Under the pieces are notes generated by a model. The model was not told the DNA's origin. It worked only from the letters and a program-made list of their open reading frames with translations, and did no database searches. 64,000 bases of DNA from Tubiluchus corallicola (taxonomy: Eukaryota > Animalia > Priapulida), in NCBI GenBank assembly GCA_030141605.1, contig JAQGDQ010000041.1:620001-684000 (forward strand). The letters are read 5' to 3'. Positions 14,901 to 27,119 of this stretch are shown here, one piece after another; position 1 is the first letter of the stretch, and each line of letters starts with the position of its first letter. The translations under genes were made by a program, and so were the position numbers.

Positions 14901-15785
14901 GGGGAGCTTACAGCACTCCCTGAAATCCTTAGCTGGTTGGTTGCATGTGTTGTCACACAACCCACTACATACCACTGAGTATCAAGCATTCCATCGCATG
15001 AAACTGAGCACCAAATCTTCGATTACTGTGCATGAACACATATTTTCACAAAAATGATGCACAGGATTTACAACAATGTCTTTCATTTTAGCCTAGGCAC
15101 CCCTATTGTATACTATAAGTTATCGGGATGTACAACAGCGGATCCTATTACTTTTTAGTATTAGTAATAGTATTATCTTTTCTGGTTACTCAGTTAGGGT
15201 TTATTTTTCCAGACAGACCACGACTTTTTCCCTTCGTTCTAGGTCCCTTGTCAAACACCATATAAAACTACTGACAGATAATGCTTAAATGGTTCCTGTT
15301 AGCAATTTGTTCCAAAGGTTGACGACATGGGAGCCAAAAATGGGAATGTGTATAACCAGATTACTGCATAGTTGGTGTTTTTTTTTTTCATTTGTATACA
15401 AATTGACATTATTTTTTTAGATATTGATTAGAAAGGATAAATTAAGCATAAAGGAAAGAGTTAAGGGGGTGCAGGAGAAAGGGTAGCGAAAGACCAATTG
15501 GTCATCGAGCCAGCTACCCTTCTCAGGTTAGTGAAAATTGTAAAAAATTTGTGGTGTGTGTTTGTTTTGGGGGGTTTTGGGTTGTGTTGGTTGTTGTGTG
15601 TTTTGTGTTTTGTTTGTTTGTAGATGAGGTACACAAATAAGTAGAAAAGGATATCTAGCAAAAGGCGAATCAATCTTATTTCTTCCAGAAGATTTTATTT
15701 CACTTGCTTTCGCTTTCATTAACCGCCTCAGCTCATTTTGGTTAACTTTACGCACACTGTCACTTTTGCCACCGTGCGCTGACAT
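4701..15785 (-). CDS. ZNF830: Zinc finger protein 830 (CCDC16/Omcg1), spliceosome-associated; 9 coding exons, ~339 aa
   Basis: Exons 15785-15655, 13158-13059, 12576-12447, 10994-10961, 9886-9720, 9325-9192, 8571-8494, 7702-7626 and 4869-4701 join in frame (1020 nt). Motifs: VNQNELRRLMK, IDSPFARYNSVGQLYCTICTTQIKSDILWTAHVNGRTH (U1-like zinc finger), LPEGFFDDPVLDAKVRK, DEWESFQKAIKEE, C-terminal FDWKSKG. The low-complexity middle exons are less certain. Confidence 0.92.
5866..5987. repeat. Compound (CTT)/(AAT)n(AAC)n(AAT)n microsatellite
   Basis: Directly visible trinucleotide runs in the last ZNF830 intron. Confidence 0.95.
13159..15654 (-). other. U12-type (minor spliceosome) AT-AC intron, ZNF830 intron 1
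   Basis: 5' end ATATCCTTTT at 15654, branch site TTTTTCCTTAAT (13180-13169), 3' end ...CTGAAC at 13159. Removal gives the conserved PFA-R-YN junction. Confidence 0.95.
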
Positions 15786-16087
15786 GTTTGCATGTACCTA
15801 CCGAAAGTAAATAATGGTTTATGGGTTTAACAAAAATTTTTCGCATCTTTACACTGACGCAGCTTTTGGTGATAACAAGAAAAAACTGCTATATTTTCTT
15901 TGCATCAATTTTATTTATTGTTGTCAGCTGCCTTAAAAACAAGCAGCGCAGCCTATATGTTCGCTAAACTTTCACGTCTTTAGTGATAGGTCCTTTTCGC
16001 AAATGGCGGATGTTCGTTGTTAAGTCTCGTCTTTAATAGTTTCTGTAAGTGATTCAAAATATTAAGTTTTTATAAGTGGTTTTAAAG
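15786..16087. promoter_or_regulatory. Putative bidirectional promoter ZNF830/SF3A3
   Basis: Only ~300 bp between divergent start codons; contains YY1-like AAATGGCGG (16001-16009) and CRE-like TGACGCA (~15855). Confidence 0.7.
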
Positions 16088-17593
16088 ATGGAAACATTAC
16101 TTGAGCAACAGCGAAGGCTTCATGAAGAAAGGGAACGCTTAGTGGATGCCATGGCCAAAGAAACTATGTTGAAAAAGTCTTCGAATCGCGAACAAATAAA
16201 TTCAGATCACAGGATGAGACAGCTTTTAGATAGACACATGGAGGATTCAGTCGCATTGTTAGAGTTATATGATGACAGGGATGGTTTAAGAAAAGAGGAA
16301 GTAGCTGCTTTGTCTGGACCAAATGAATTTGGTGAATTTTATGCACGTCTGAAGCAAATCAGAGAATTTCATAAGAGGCACCCCAACGAAATATCGATTC
16401 CTATGTCTGTGGAATTTGAAGAGCTGGCAAAGGCAAGAGAGAATCCTTCTGATCAAGAAGCAGCTATGGCCTATTTTTCTGACGAAGAAGGTTATGGAAA
16501 ATATTTAGATCTTCACGAGTGTTATGAAAAATATATAAATATGAAGGGATTTGAAAAAATTGATTATGTGACGTATTTAGGGATTTTTGATCACCTGTTT
16601 GATATACCAAAAGACAGAAAAAACTATGAATACAGAAAGTATATAGAAATGCTGCTAGATTATTTGCAAGGCTATTGTGCACGAGTAAAACCACTTTTGG
16701 ATCTTTCTGATGAAATGCAAGCAACCAGTGAAGAATTTGATAAGAAATGGGAAGCAGGTCAATTTCCTGGATGGCCAAAGGAAACGTCCGGAGCCTTGGC
16801 ACACACTGGAGCACATTTGGATTTGTCTGCATTTTCTTCTGCAGAGGAACTGGCTTCACTTGGTTTAGATCGACTTAAATCAGCATTGATGGCTCTTGGC
16901 TTGAAATGTGGTGGCACACTGGAAGAAAGAGCGCAACGCTTGTTTTACACAAAAGGAAAGAGACTGGATGAGTTAGACCCATCTGTGTTTGCGAGATCTA
17001 AACCTGGCAAAGCTGGAAAGAGTCGCGAAGCAGAGAAAAATAAAGAACTGGCTTTGCTTGAAGCACAAGTGTATAGACTTACTGAAATCTTAGGAGAACA
17101 GAGAGCAGCAACAAGAGAGAATGTACAACGTAAGCAAGCAAGAGCACAAGGTGAAGAAGAAGACGAAGAAGAAGCTTCCGCTTCAGAGTCAGAAGATGAA
17201 GAAGAGGAAGACATTCCATATAATCCAAAAAATCTGCCATTAGGGTGGGATGGTAAGCCTATACCATACTGGTTGTATAAACTTCATGGTCTAAATATTC
17301 CTTACAACTGTGAAATATGTGGCAATCATGTATATAAAGGACCAAAAGCTTATCAGCGTCACTTTGCTGAATGGAGACATGCACATGGCATGAGGTGTTT
17401 GGGTATACCAAATACTGCACATTTTGCCAATGTTACAAAAATAGAAGATGCCATTGCATTATGGGAGAAGATTCAGACTTCAAAAGCAGCCGAAAGGTGG
17501 AAGCCAGAGGTTGAGGAGGAATATGAGGATTCTCAAGGAAATGTTGTGAATAAGAAAACATTTGAAGATTTGAAAAGACAAGGACTTCTGTAA
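16088..17593 (+). CDS. SF3A3: Splicing factor 3A subunit 3 (SF3a60/Prp9), single coding exon, 501 aa
   Basis: Uninterrupted ORF starting [18 protein letters not shown]; contains [39 protein letters not shown], a matrin-type zinc finger (CEICGN...HFAEWRH) and the end EDLKRQGLL. True ATG is at 16088 (the ORF track begins at an upstream GTG). AATAAA at ~17711. Confidence 0.98.
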   Translation: METLLEQQRRLHEERERLVDAMAKETMLKKSSNREQINSDHRMRQLLDRHMEDSVALLELYDDRDGLRKEEVAALSGPNEFGEFYARLKQIREFHKRHPNEISIPMSVEFEELAKARENPSDQEAAMAYFSDEEGYGKYLDLHECYEKYINMKGFEKIDYVTYLGIFDHLFDIPKDRKNYEYRKYIEMLLDYLQGYCARVKPLLDLSDEMQATSEEFDKKWEAGQFPGWPKETSGALAHTGAHLDLSAFSSAEELASLGLDRLKSALMALGLKCGGTLEERAQRLFYTKGKRLDELDPSVFARSKPGKAGKSREAEKNKELALLEAQVYRLTEILGEQRAATRENVQRKQARAQGEEEDEEEASASESEDEEEEDIPYNPKNLPLGWDGKPIPYWLYKLHGLNIPYNCEICGNHVYKGPKAYQRHFAEWRHAHGMRCLGIPNTAHFANVTKIEDAIALWEKIQTSKAAERWKPEVEEEYEDSQGNVVNKKTFEDLKRQGLL

Positions 17594-19974
17594 TGTCGAA
17601 ACAACTGCTGCGTGCTGCCTGTGTGTTTCCATAATTTTGCGTTTATGTTAGATTTGTATTATCAGTTACAGCTTATTTTTGGTGTGACCGTGACCGTCCT
17701 TGGTGTAAAAAATAAAATTGAAAATATTATAAAGTTTTGCATGCATGCTATTTAATTTTGCAACTTTATTCTTGCAAAATTTGTAAAGAAATGCATGAAT
17801 AATTCGTTTTACATCATATTTGAATACATACAGTTCTTTCAGACTTTTTGAAGGCAGTAGACTTGGATAAAGTTGTATAATATTGGTTACATCATTTTAC
17901 GTGTGTTAATGTGCTCTTCATTATTGTATATAATTAGCTCTAGTTTGCTACAGCATAACATGCTTGTACATAATAAAGAAACTATAATAGAATTATGTTA
18001 ACAGCAGTGTAAATTTCTATTTAGCTTTTCAACTTCAACGTTATGAAAGGTATATTAGCAACACAGCAAAATATAAAGTTCAATTTTTAGCAAACTTGAT
18101 GAGAGTTATTTACTGACAGCGAGGTAATGCGAGTATAAATCTTAGCACATTACAGTTTTGGGACAATCATTTTTATTATGGCAAAGAATACAATTTTCAG
18201 CAAACCTCTAACAGACTAGATTAACTATGCACCGTTTAACAGAACTGATACAACTGAAGTATCTGATGAAATTTGTTGAATAGTTATAATATAAAAATTG
18301 AGATAAATATTCCTAGATACGGCTTACTTCATGATATTCGAAAAGAATAAATTGTTACAATGAATAACAATGATTCTTAATTTAAAAATAGCAAGCATTT
18401 ACTATAAATGTAAAATATCACAGTAAATACAACAATACAAATAGTAAGAATATCACATCTAAATATATTTATTAAAAATTAATTGCTGTGTTTATAAAAA
18501 CATGACAGAAATTGGCTTTTATATAACAATATACTATAGTATCTTAAGTATTAAGAGTATACAAAGCTGTCATGGTATCATTCAAACCTCATTGCAAAAT
18601 GCCTACAGATTGCAAATCTTAATAAATTCGCTGAGCCAAATCCTGATCTTGTAATTGGTGGGTGGCTTATGTTTACAGTTTAATTTGTATTTTTCTTACT
18701 ACATTACAATTTCATGCTTAATTTGTTTTTTTCGCATTCCTTAAATAAAAACTTTACTAGCAGATTTTTAGTATACTATCAAAATATAGGTAACTCTTTT
18801 TAAAGTTAACTCACTTCTGCAAAGGAGTCAGTCACTTTGACACCAACTGATTGATGGTATTGCTTTAAAAACTAATCTCGGGTGGTTTAAAAAATAAGTT
18901 ATTGCTGAATTTAGACAATAACATGACAGATTATTTTGTTCAAAAGCACCAAACACGACTATCACAAATACAAAGTTACAGAAGAGCTAAAATTGACACT
19001 CAGTCTGTCTGAGGCATGGGGGTGGGCTCGTTATGTAAGTTTCGGCAGTGCTGTTGTAGTGGGAGGTATATATTTGAAAGCTTTTTAGACACTGAAATAC
19101 AGATATTTGTTTCATCCATTAAAAATGTTTTGTTGTTTTTCTATCCCTTCTACTTCTTAATCACAAAACACTGGTTGTGTTATTATCTATTATAATAATA
19201 ATTTAATTTAGGACACAGTCCAAGGATGATACCTACAGTAGCACAATACTTATTTCTGAGGTGACCCCGACTATTATAACTTGTACATTAACTTCGATAA
19301 ACCCGCGTGGTGACAATGAACTATAGCACCCAGTACCTATATAATTATAATAGTACTGCAACATGAGTGAAGATTAATTTATTCAATTTGTTAATTACAA
19401 TTAGAGCATATCTTCTTTTCATGTAAACCTGGTAAATTTTCGGGTAAAGTAAGGAAACATAATTTATCTTGACAATAAAGGATTTCAATAAAAATATTTT
19501 GCTGAGATAATTTTTATTAATTTCATAATACCTGTGGGTATTTTTGTATTCTGATGTAAAACACAGGCTTGCAAATGCAGACCTAAGTAGGTATGCAGCT
19601 GACCAGAGGTAAAACAACACAGAATGCTTGGTCCAAGTCAGTTCTATGAATTGGAATTGGCTTCACGTCAATTTGTGGTTGAAATTTTTTGTGATAAAGA
19701 TAATTAGATAATTGTTTTACTTTCTACATTTTCATGTGTTCTTTGTTAAGATGGGACATTAAGCAAAACATCACCCCATGGCAAGATAAATAACAAGGAA
19801 GTATTACATATTATTTAACCCACTTCAGTTACTTTAGAAATCTAGAAAATTGTCTTTGGTGATCTTTACATCTAGTTTTTTGCAGATAAAGTAAAATTCT
19901 AAGATACGAAAACAAAAACCAGTAATCTTAAAAATTCTTTTATCACAGACCTAACCACTAAAAACTTACAAAAG

Positions 19975-22900
19975 TCAGTCTCCAAACTGAAGATGTGGCA
20001 TTATATTATTACACTCGGAAGAAAATGCCGTGAACTCTTTACAGTATCTACTGTGTAATACCGACAGTTTGTCAATAATATACTCTTCTATTTCTTTATC
20101 TTTCTGCACATCTTCTCTGTCCAAATCAATGCAATCAACACCACCTTTGGTTATCAGAACAACATGTCTCTTTCTTGTCTCTAAAATATTTCCAATTACA
20201 ACCTAAATACAAAAAAATACTGTAAATGTAGACGTATAATTTAATATAAGTTTAAACGTAGCTCATTACTGTACAATTAACAAGACAGCTAGAATTTAAT
20301 ATCACACAACATGCGTGTGTGTGTGTGTGTGTGTGTGCATGCGTGCGTGCGTGTGTGCGCACGTGTGTGTAGATAGAAAACACATGCAATTACAATAAGA
20401 AACGAAACTCACTGCGTGTTTATATTTTTCCAAAGCTTGTTCAGACTTTGCCAACAACAGTTCTTTATTAGTTTCAAGCTGAAATAATAATACCCTAAGC
20501 ATTACCATACAGAACATACACATGTTTACAAATAACAAGTAATCACCATTGTTTTATGGTTGTAATGCATCCTAAAATTATACCCAGGATTTATGTGTGA
20601 ATTAATTATGCAGGCAGTGGTAGCAACAAAAATAACTATGAAGAAGGTCCATTGAAGCCGCTAATAATCACTAGCACTTGAGGTGCCTTGAATAACACTA
20701 GTACCAGGACGTAATGTTTTTTACTCGCATGATGCAGTCTTTGAACAAAGTTTCTCTTATTTATTGGGTCAATTCCAAAAAGAGGCCTAAGCGGTCCTGT
20801 CATTATTGTTAATGTCGTTGTCGACACCATAAAAAATTACAAGCGTCAACTCGCAAATGTGACAGGCTAGAGTCAAAACATGCAGGGTTGATATCTGGAT
20901 TAGAGGCTTTGACAATGACACTGTGAATGGTAACTTTGGTCAAAGGGTCAGCGACAAATGACATCAGTCAGTTTGAGTCATAACAATGAATAACTCCCAA
21001 ATTCCATAGAGTCACGAAACTAGGCGGGTTCAGAGTGAGCACTTGGGATAAGGGCTCAAACAATGGTATGGTTAAAAAGCTAGGATTGCTTAAGGGCTTG
21101 AGATAAGATCCAAAATGTGAACTCTGTCACAATGAGTAAACCGCACTGGACCAGGCATAGTCAAGTGATAAACATGTCATACTTCTCTTCCAAGCAAGAT
21201 GCCCACTGCCCAGATGGCATGTTATGTTTTGTGTCGCTCTCATCGTCATTGTTGTTGTGGACACAATCACACTTTACAGTTAAAACACCACAACTTTATT
21301 AAAACTTTTAATGTAATAAAGTTGTGGTGTTTTAACTATAAATGTTTCTATAGGTAATTTTACGTGCATGTAATAAAAAATTGACAATCACAATCTTCCC
21401 TTACCTTGAAAGATATACTGAATGCTTCAGGAGCCCACTCTTGAAAAAGTAAGCTAAGCATTTTTGGAACTGGTTGCAGAGTCATACTAAGTGGTCCATT
21501 TGCCGAGTCAATTTTATGCTCTGGCTGTAAAAACAATGATTAACAGTTAACTAAAAATGACAATGTGATGGCATATACAGGTCCAGAGAATCCAACATTT
21601 GAAACAGAAACCAAATGTAAAAAAGTAACTCGACAATCGTTCTGTAGTTACAGTATAAACACTGTTAAATGTGTTTAAAAAACATATTAAATGTCTGATA
21701 AAAAGTGTGAATAGACCAACAAGTTTTTCTTTCTTATTTTCTTGGAGGTTGCAAAAGTTTTGGAAAATAATTGTAGCTACCATCAATCTCCAAAATACAC
21801 ATTGAACACCAATAGTTATAACACACCACAATCAATTAGTGAGTCTGGTTTACATAAATACTATATAATAAACAAGACAGTTTGCATATTTAATACATGA
21901 AACCACTATACCACAATGGTCTTACTAACACAGCACAAGCAATTCTAAATTGCTTCTCACATATAAACACCGTAATAGGTATGGATAGGACTGATTACTG
22001 TCAGCCTTCAGCGTGATATCTTAATCCTGGCTAACACTTTTAACATTTCCACAAAATAAATTATTGGAAACTTAGGCTTTAAATAAAGAACTTCAAACTT
22101 CATTAGACGAAAATTGAGATGTCAATTAGCCTACACAATTTAGTTTTCAAACTGTATAATGAGTATTTATATAACAGTTATATGGTACATCAATTAGGAT
22201 TAAGATATAATAAAAACAACTCTTCAATACCATTTCATCAGCAGGTATGTAAAAGTCAGAAACAGCCGCTGCTAGATAAACAAGAGCTTCTCTACCCACA
22301 AACCGCAATGCCTCTGCTGCCACCTTCAGGTAAAATACATATTCAGTGAGGGTGAAAAACTCTATTTGCAGAAGAGATCCATTTGTATGATAGTGTTGAT
22401 ATGCTTCTAGAATGTCTTTTATACGAGGTACTTGATCATCTTTTACTGAAAAAAGAAGGCAAAACATTATTAATTTACTCTATAATAAAATTGTCTGATC
22501 AAATGCAAGGCAACTAAACTAACCTCTTTGGTTCTGTTCTTATGCAATTTATAGAACCATCACTTTAAAACCATTCGAAAAACAAACTAAACATATAGAT
22601 GATTAGATGTACAACGTCTTTTTGATGAAAATTTAAATGCAGCTGAATGTATTACAGGCAGAGCTGACCGCTTATTAATATAATTTTCTTTTTTGTTTGG
22701 CAGTTAAAACGCTTTAAGTTGTATGCACATTGTATCAAAGAAGCAGATAAGAAAAACAAAAAAAACTTTTTGCTAAAAAATTAAGTTGATGTAGGAGGTT
22801 GGACTTGATATGGGAAGTTGATTTGGACTTCAAAATACCATTTTCCTCTTAAGATTTGTTGAAATTAAATGTTTAAACATACCCATTAGCAACACTTTAA

Positions 22901-25900
22901 AAAAAATAAAATCAATTACAAACTGAATATAGTGAAAGCTGTGACATTCTCATATGACTTACTTGACCGCTACTTATACTGAGATACCGTGTGAAAAAGG
23001 TATTGCAGTTATCCAGAGGATATGGAGAATACTATGGTGTTGCATATTGTACACAAATGAACATGGCATTTTTGTCATCTGACTATTAAATATGCAGCAT
23101 GATTGTACCTTTAATGTTACAGTTTTCACTTTTCTCATCTTCGACTTGCAGAATACTTAAAAATTCGTGATTCGCAAACTGTCTGTAGAATGGTCTGAGG
23201 CTTTGCTTTCTGTATAGAAAAATCACACCATAGTCTTTTGTTAAAAAATATCTGAAAACCGTTAAGGACTTTTCATCTGACACATAAAATTGATATTTAG
23301 CTTATTAACACATATTATACTATACACTATATTATACACATTTATCATGTAAATTTTTTGCGCAGAAAATTCCACTTAGAAAACAAAAACGCCGAATCAC
23401 AAGTCTCATTACATTGAAACCATACCTTAATGTCAATTAACAGTACTTATTTTCTATTGTAAAATAATAATGTTGCAATATAGAAGAACGCATGTACACG
23501 ACACTGCTGGTAAGTATAACATTCTTTCCGGTATCTTTAGGAAAATTATAGATTGGAAAATATTTTTTTAAAATTTTGAGAGAAATTTTCTTGCATTTCT
23601 TTCCTTATTTTTGCTGTCTAGCTGGAGGTTTCATAGCAGTTTAAAGAAGGATAATATCACTAACGTGAAGGAAATGTAAAAACAACAAACTGAAAATGTC
23701 TAGTCACTACAAAGTATAAATGCAATGAAATGCCTTGCTTAAAATGCCAAAAAATGTAAATCATTCGTATCTCCCGTCAAACAAATCTTGCTGTGGGCAT
23801 ATTTAAAAAAAATGGCATAAGCTGGTGGACAGCATGAAGGCATGCTTACCAACTTAGCTTCAGCAGTTTACTCATAAATTTCACTATTCTAGCTGACAAA
23901 ATCTTTGTGTTTAACTGCGTTTATACAGAAATTAGTTATCACACCAATTAGCAACAACTTTTAATCCATCGAATTATGCCTCAAAAATGGATAAGTATTG
24001 TGATAATCAAATTAGATGGTTTGTTGACTTTCAGATAGGCAAGTAATTCTATGAGGCTAAGAACATAGAGTATGTGCTTGAAGGTTACTTAGTTTATAAT
24101 GTTCAGTATTAGTTTGTTAAAACAACTAGAGTATTCTGTTACTTTGTTGGTGTTAATTAGCCGAGTTGGAAGTTATCACAACATAGTCAGTAACTGTTTT
24201 TTATTATATAGTGAGCATCAAGATTAAAAAATTTTATCAAAAAGCAAAACAAAAATAGTATTAATAATCTCTTGTTTAATGCTTTGGATTGTTTATAGTT
24301 AATAGTAACTGCAGCTGCATAAAATTTAGCTCAAGCACCTGCACAATAATCAAATAATGTCATTTTTCGTTCAAAAAGAGTGCACCCAAGCACGAAATGA
24401 CTACAACTTTAAATTGATTTTGCTAATAGCATGAGGCGCTTGTACAATTTTATTGCTGAAACTTTCTAATATTTTTCTCAAATATTCATATAAGCTCAAC
24501 TTCCCAGGAGCCTTGCCTTTTCCTTTAATTACTGCAATATTTTCACAGAATGAAATAAAATGAGATAAATTGTATTTTTACAGGTTTATGGCACCACAAT
24601 AATTTTTGAGAGGATTTCTATACCAAAAGCAGTTAGAATGGTAAAACATTACACTTTCACTTAAGGAACTAGAAACGCACTAGGAACGCAAGCAATAATA
24701 AATAGCAAAGATATTTTCATCGTTTCTGAATTGTAAAGGATGCTCAGCAGATGCAGATCCTCGATTTCCCGAACTGAAGTTATCAATAAATCGCACAGTT
24801 CGACTTTCTAGTGGCACAGTGGTTCCACCTGACTAAAAAACAAAACTTAAATGTAATTTAATGTAAGTACATAGCTTACTGTCTTACTATGATTTTGAAA
24901 AAATATAGTTTTGTTGCAAGAACTTACAGGAATAACTTGTTTATAATGCTTCTTTTTTGGTCAATATGATATTACCAACGCTATTATGCAAACTGTATTA
25001 TGAGGACTTCAGTGCTGATGCCACTGCCTACCAAAATTAAACACTAATAAACAGCACAACAGGAGTTCAGGAGCCGGACTCCGGCTAGATTTTGTATTTT
25101 GGAATTTGCGAAAAATTCATCAGATTTCGATTACTTTTAAGAACAGGATTCTAGCACCTGGCATTGCGAGTCCAAGATTGTACAATGCATACAAATGTAC
25201 ATGCATCAAAATTTTAAAATTGAATAATGCTAAAAATGCATTCATGCCACAATAACCAAAATGTTAACTTCTCGCTTTTAACTTATTTGTAAAACAAGTG
25301 GTGATTTTGACATTAAAATTTAGTGGGGTGAATAGACCTATTGGAGATACATACAGAATTATATCCAAAACTTAGTAGTTTTCTCTAATAAAGTGCAGAA
25401 ACTAAACAAGTTTGCTATTAACCAACTTGTTAATTTATAAAGTAGAGTTATCTGAACTGATTTCACATAAACGTTTGTGAAAACATCTATTATAATCATT
25501 ATGAACTGTTCTTACTGTGACGTAGTGAGGCAGAACACAATTAAGGAGATTGGTCACCTAAAGAGTAAAACGATCTAAAAACACTCTTTTAAAAATAACA
25601 GAATTTTGAAAACCCTGTACTTCCTTCGTGTTGCATATTTCTTCAAATTGAAACTGTGTTTGCTGACTGTATTAGTGAATGTAGGACCTACACTGATTTG
25701 GAGCTGCATAGTTTGTTGTGTGGGTAAAACAAAATTAAAAGTACAGGCCATGAGCCAGAAGTACTGAACACTAGAACAACTGAGTTTATCAGAATGTCCC
25801 CCAAAGCCAACGAAAACGTCTAGGAAAGAAATCATTTGAACGCAGTATAGTATAGTGTAATATGACATCAATCAGTAATAGTTTGTGTTTATACAGACTG

Positions 25901-26074
25901 CACAATGTCTATAGCTGCAAAATTTACCGTCACTAAAGCTATTCGTCTGTTTTCTCTGACATTGCGCTGACAAAACGTGTTCAGTTTGTTGGCTATGTCA
26001 CCTAAATTATCTGGCTTATTTTCTGTTGTAAAGAATTTAGAAACACTATCAACATAATTTTGACAAAAAGCCAT
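19975..26074 (-). CDS. PPCS: Phosphopantothenate--cysteine ligase; 7 coding exons, ~335 aa
   Basis: Exons 26074-25928, 24832-24744, 23251-23109, 22445-22231, 21524-21405, 20478-20413 and 20202-19975 join in frame (1008 nt). Motifs: [65 protein letters not shown]. Confidence 0.95.
20312..20370. repeat. (GT)n/(GCGT)n microsatellite
   Basis: Alternating purine-pyrimidine tract in PPCS intron 6. Confidence 0.9.
21273..21342. repeat. Short near-perfect inverted repeat (29-bp arms, 12-nt loop)
   Basis: TTTACAGTTAAAACACCACAACTTTATTA / TAATAAAGTTGTGGTGTTTTAACTATAAA, one mismatch. Confidence 0.9.
23252..24743 (-). other. U12-type intron with non-canonical GC-AG termini, PPCS intron 2
   Basis: 5' end GCATCCTTTAC at 24743, branch site GTCCTTAAC (23269-23261), 3' CAG at 23252. 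Splicing gives GA|A = Glu in the conserved SASA-E-YFL. Confidence 0.9.
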
Positions 26075-26199
26075 TACAATATTACTCAAAAAAATACGGC
26101 CATTTGAGGACGCTTGCTGGGACACACAGTGGCGGCTAGGTTGGGTACGCAGAAAATTGCCCACCGAATCACAATGAGAAAAGAAATGAGTTTGACGAA

Positions 26200-26925
26200 T
26201 TGGAAAACATTCAAGGTAAGTCAATAAGAATTATGTTGGAAATGGCTAAAACTACAAATTACTGGGGATTAATATCAGAATTCGAAATTTGGCCAATTGA
26301 AGAACGTATTTACTATAAAAAATTTTTGTTTTACAAAACTCTCTTAATACCAGGAAGTGAAAGGTTAGCCAGCAAAGTTGTAGCACATCAAATGAAATAG
26401 CGGCATGATGATAACTGGTATAGTGAAATTGAAGAAATAGCAAACATTTACGACGTTAATATTGACAAGAAAGATGTGAAAAATCAAGAAATTAGAGTGG
26501 AAAAATACGTAAAATTTAAAAAAACGTCTGTGATACAAGACAAATGCAGTGAAATTATAAATAAGAGCTCAAAATTAAGATTTCCGGAAAGCAATAAATG
26601 GGAATAGAAGAAGGATTATTTTACAAAATTCTGTCATGCAGAAGTTAAAAATATTTTGGATTTAAGACTTAATATGGTCAAAGTAAAAGCAAATTTTAAA
26701 GGTTCATTTATAAGAAGTTTAATGTTTCCCATGTGCAATAGTGAATTAGGCACAACAGAACATGTATTTACTTGTAGCAAATACAAAAGGATTAGAGGAA
26801 ATCTAGGTGAAGTCTCAACAGAGGATGTTAAAAGCTGTTGTAGTGAAAATTTGTCGAAAGCATCCAAATATGTGAATGATTGTTTGTTTATAAGGAAAGC
26901 ATTTTGGAGGAAGTTGGTGAAGTAA
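26200..26925 (+). mobile_element. Decayed 3' portion of a non-LTR retrotransposon ORF2
   Basis: Broken frames WPIEERIYYKKFLF..., SSKLRF, LRLNMVKVKANFKG...PMCNSELGTTEHVFTC (degenerate CCHC knuckle typical of LINE C-termini); internal stops and frameshifts. Confidence 0.7.
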
Positions 26926-27119
26926 ATTTTGAAGAAGAATAAATGTACAATGTTGAAGTACCTGTGCAATCTTTCATCGTTTGCCCATACAAGTGGAGAG
27001 GGGTGAGAGGAAGCACAGAAACCACAGTGAAATTGGCAGGTGAATAGGAGCATGAGATGACAAGTGATTAATTCACATTCCTAAATGTGTGTGTACATTT
27101 TGCGCTAATTGGCCCAATT

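Noticed and set aside
16164-17214. Minus-strand ORFs overlapping SF3A3
   Set aside because: Antisense shadows of a real CDS, with no recognisable domains
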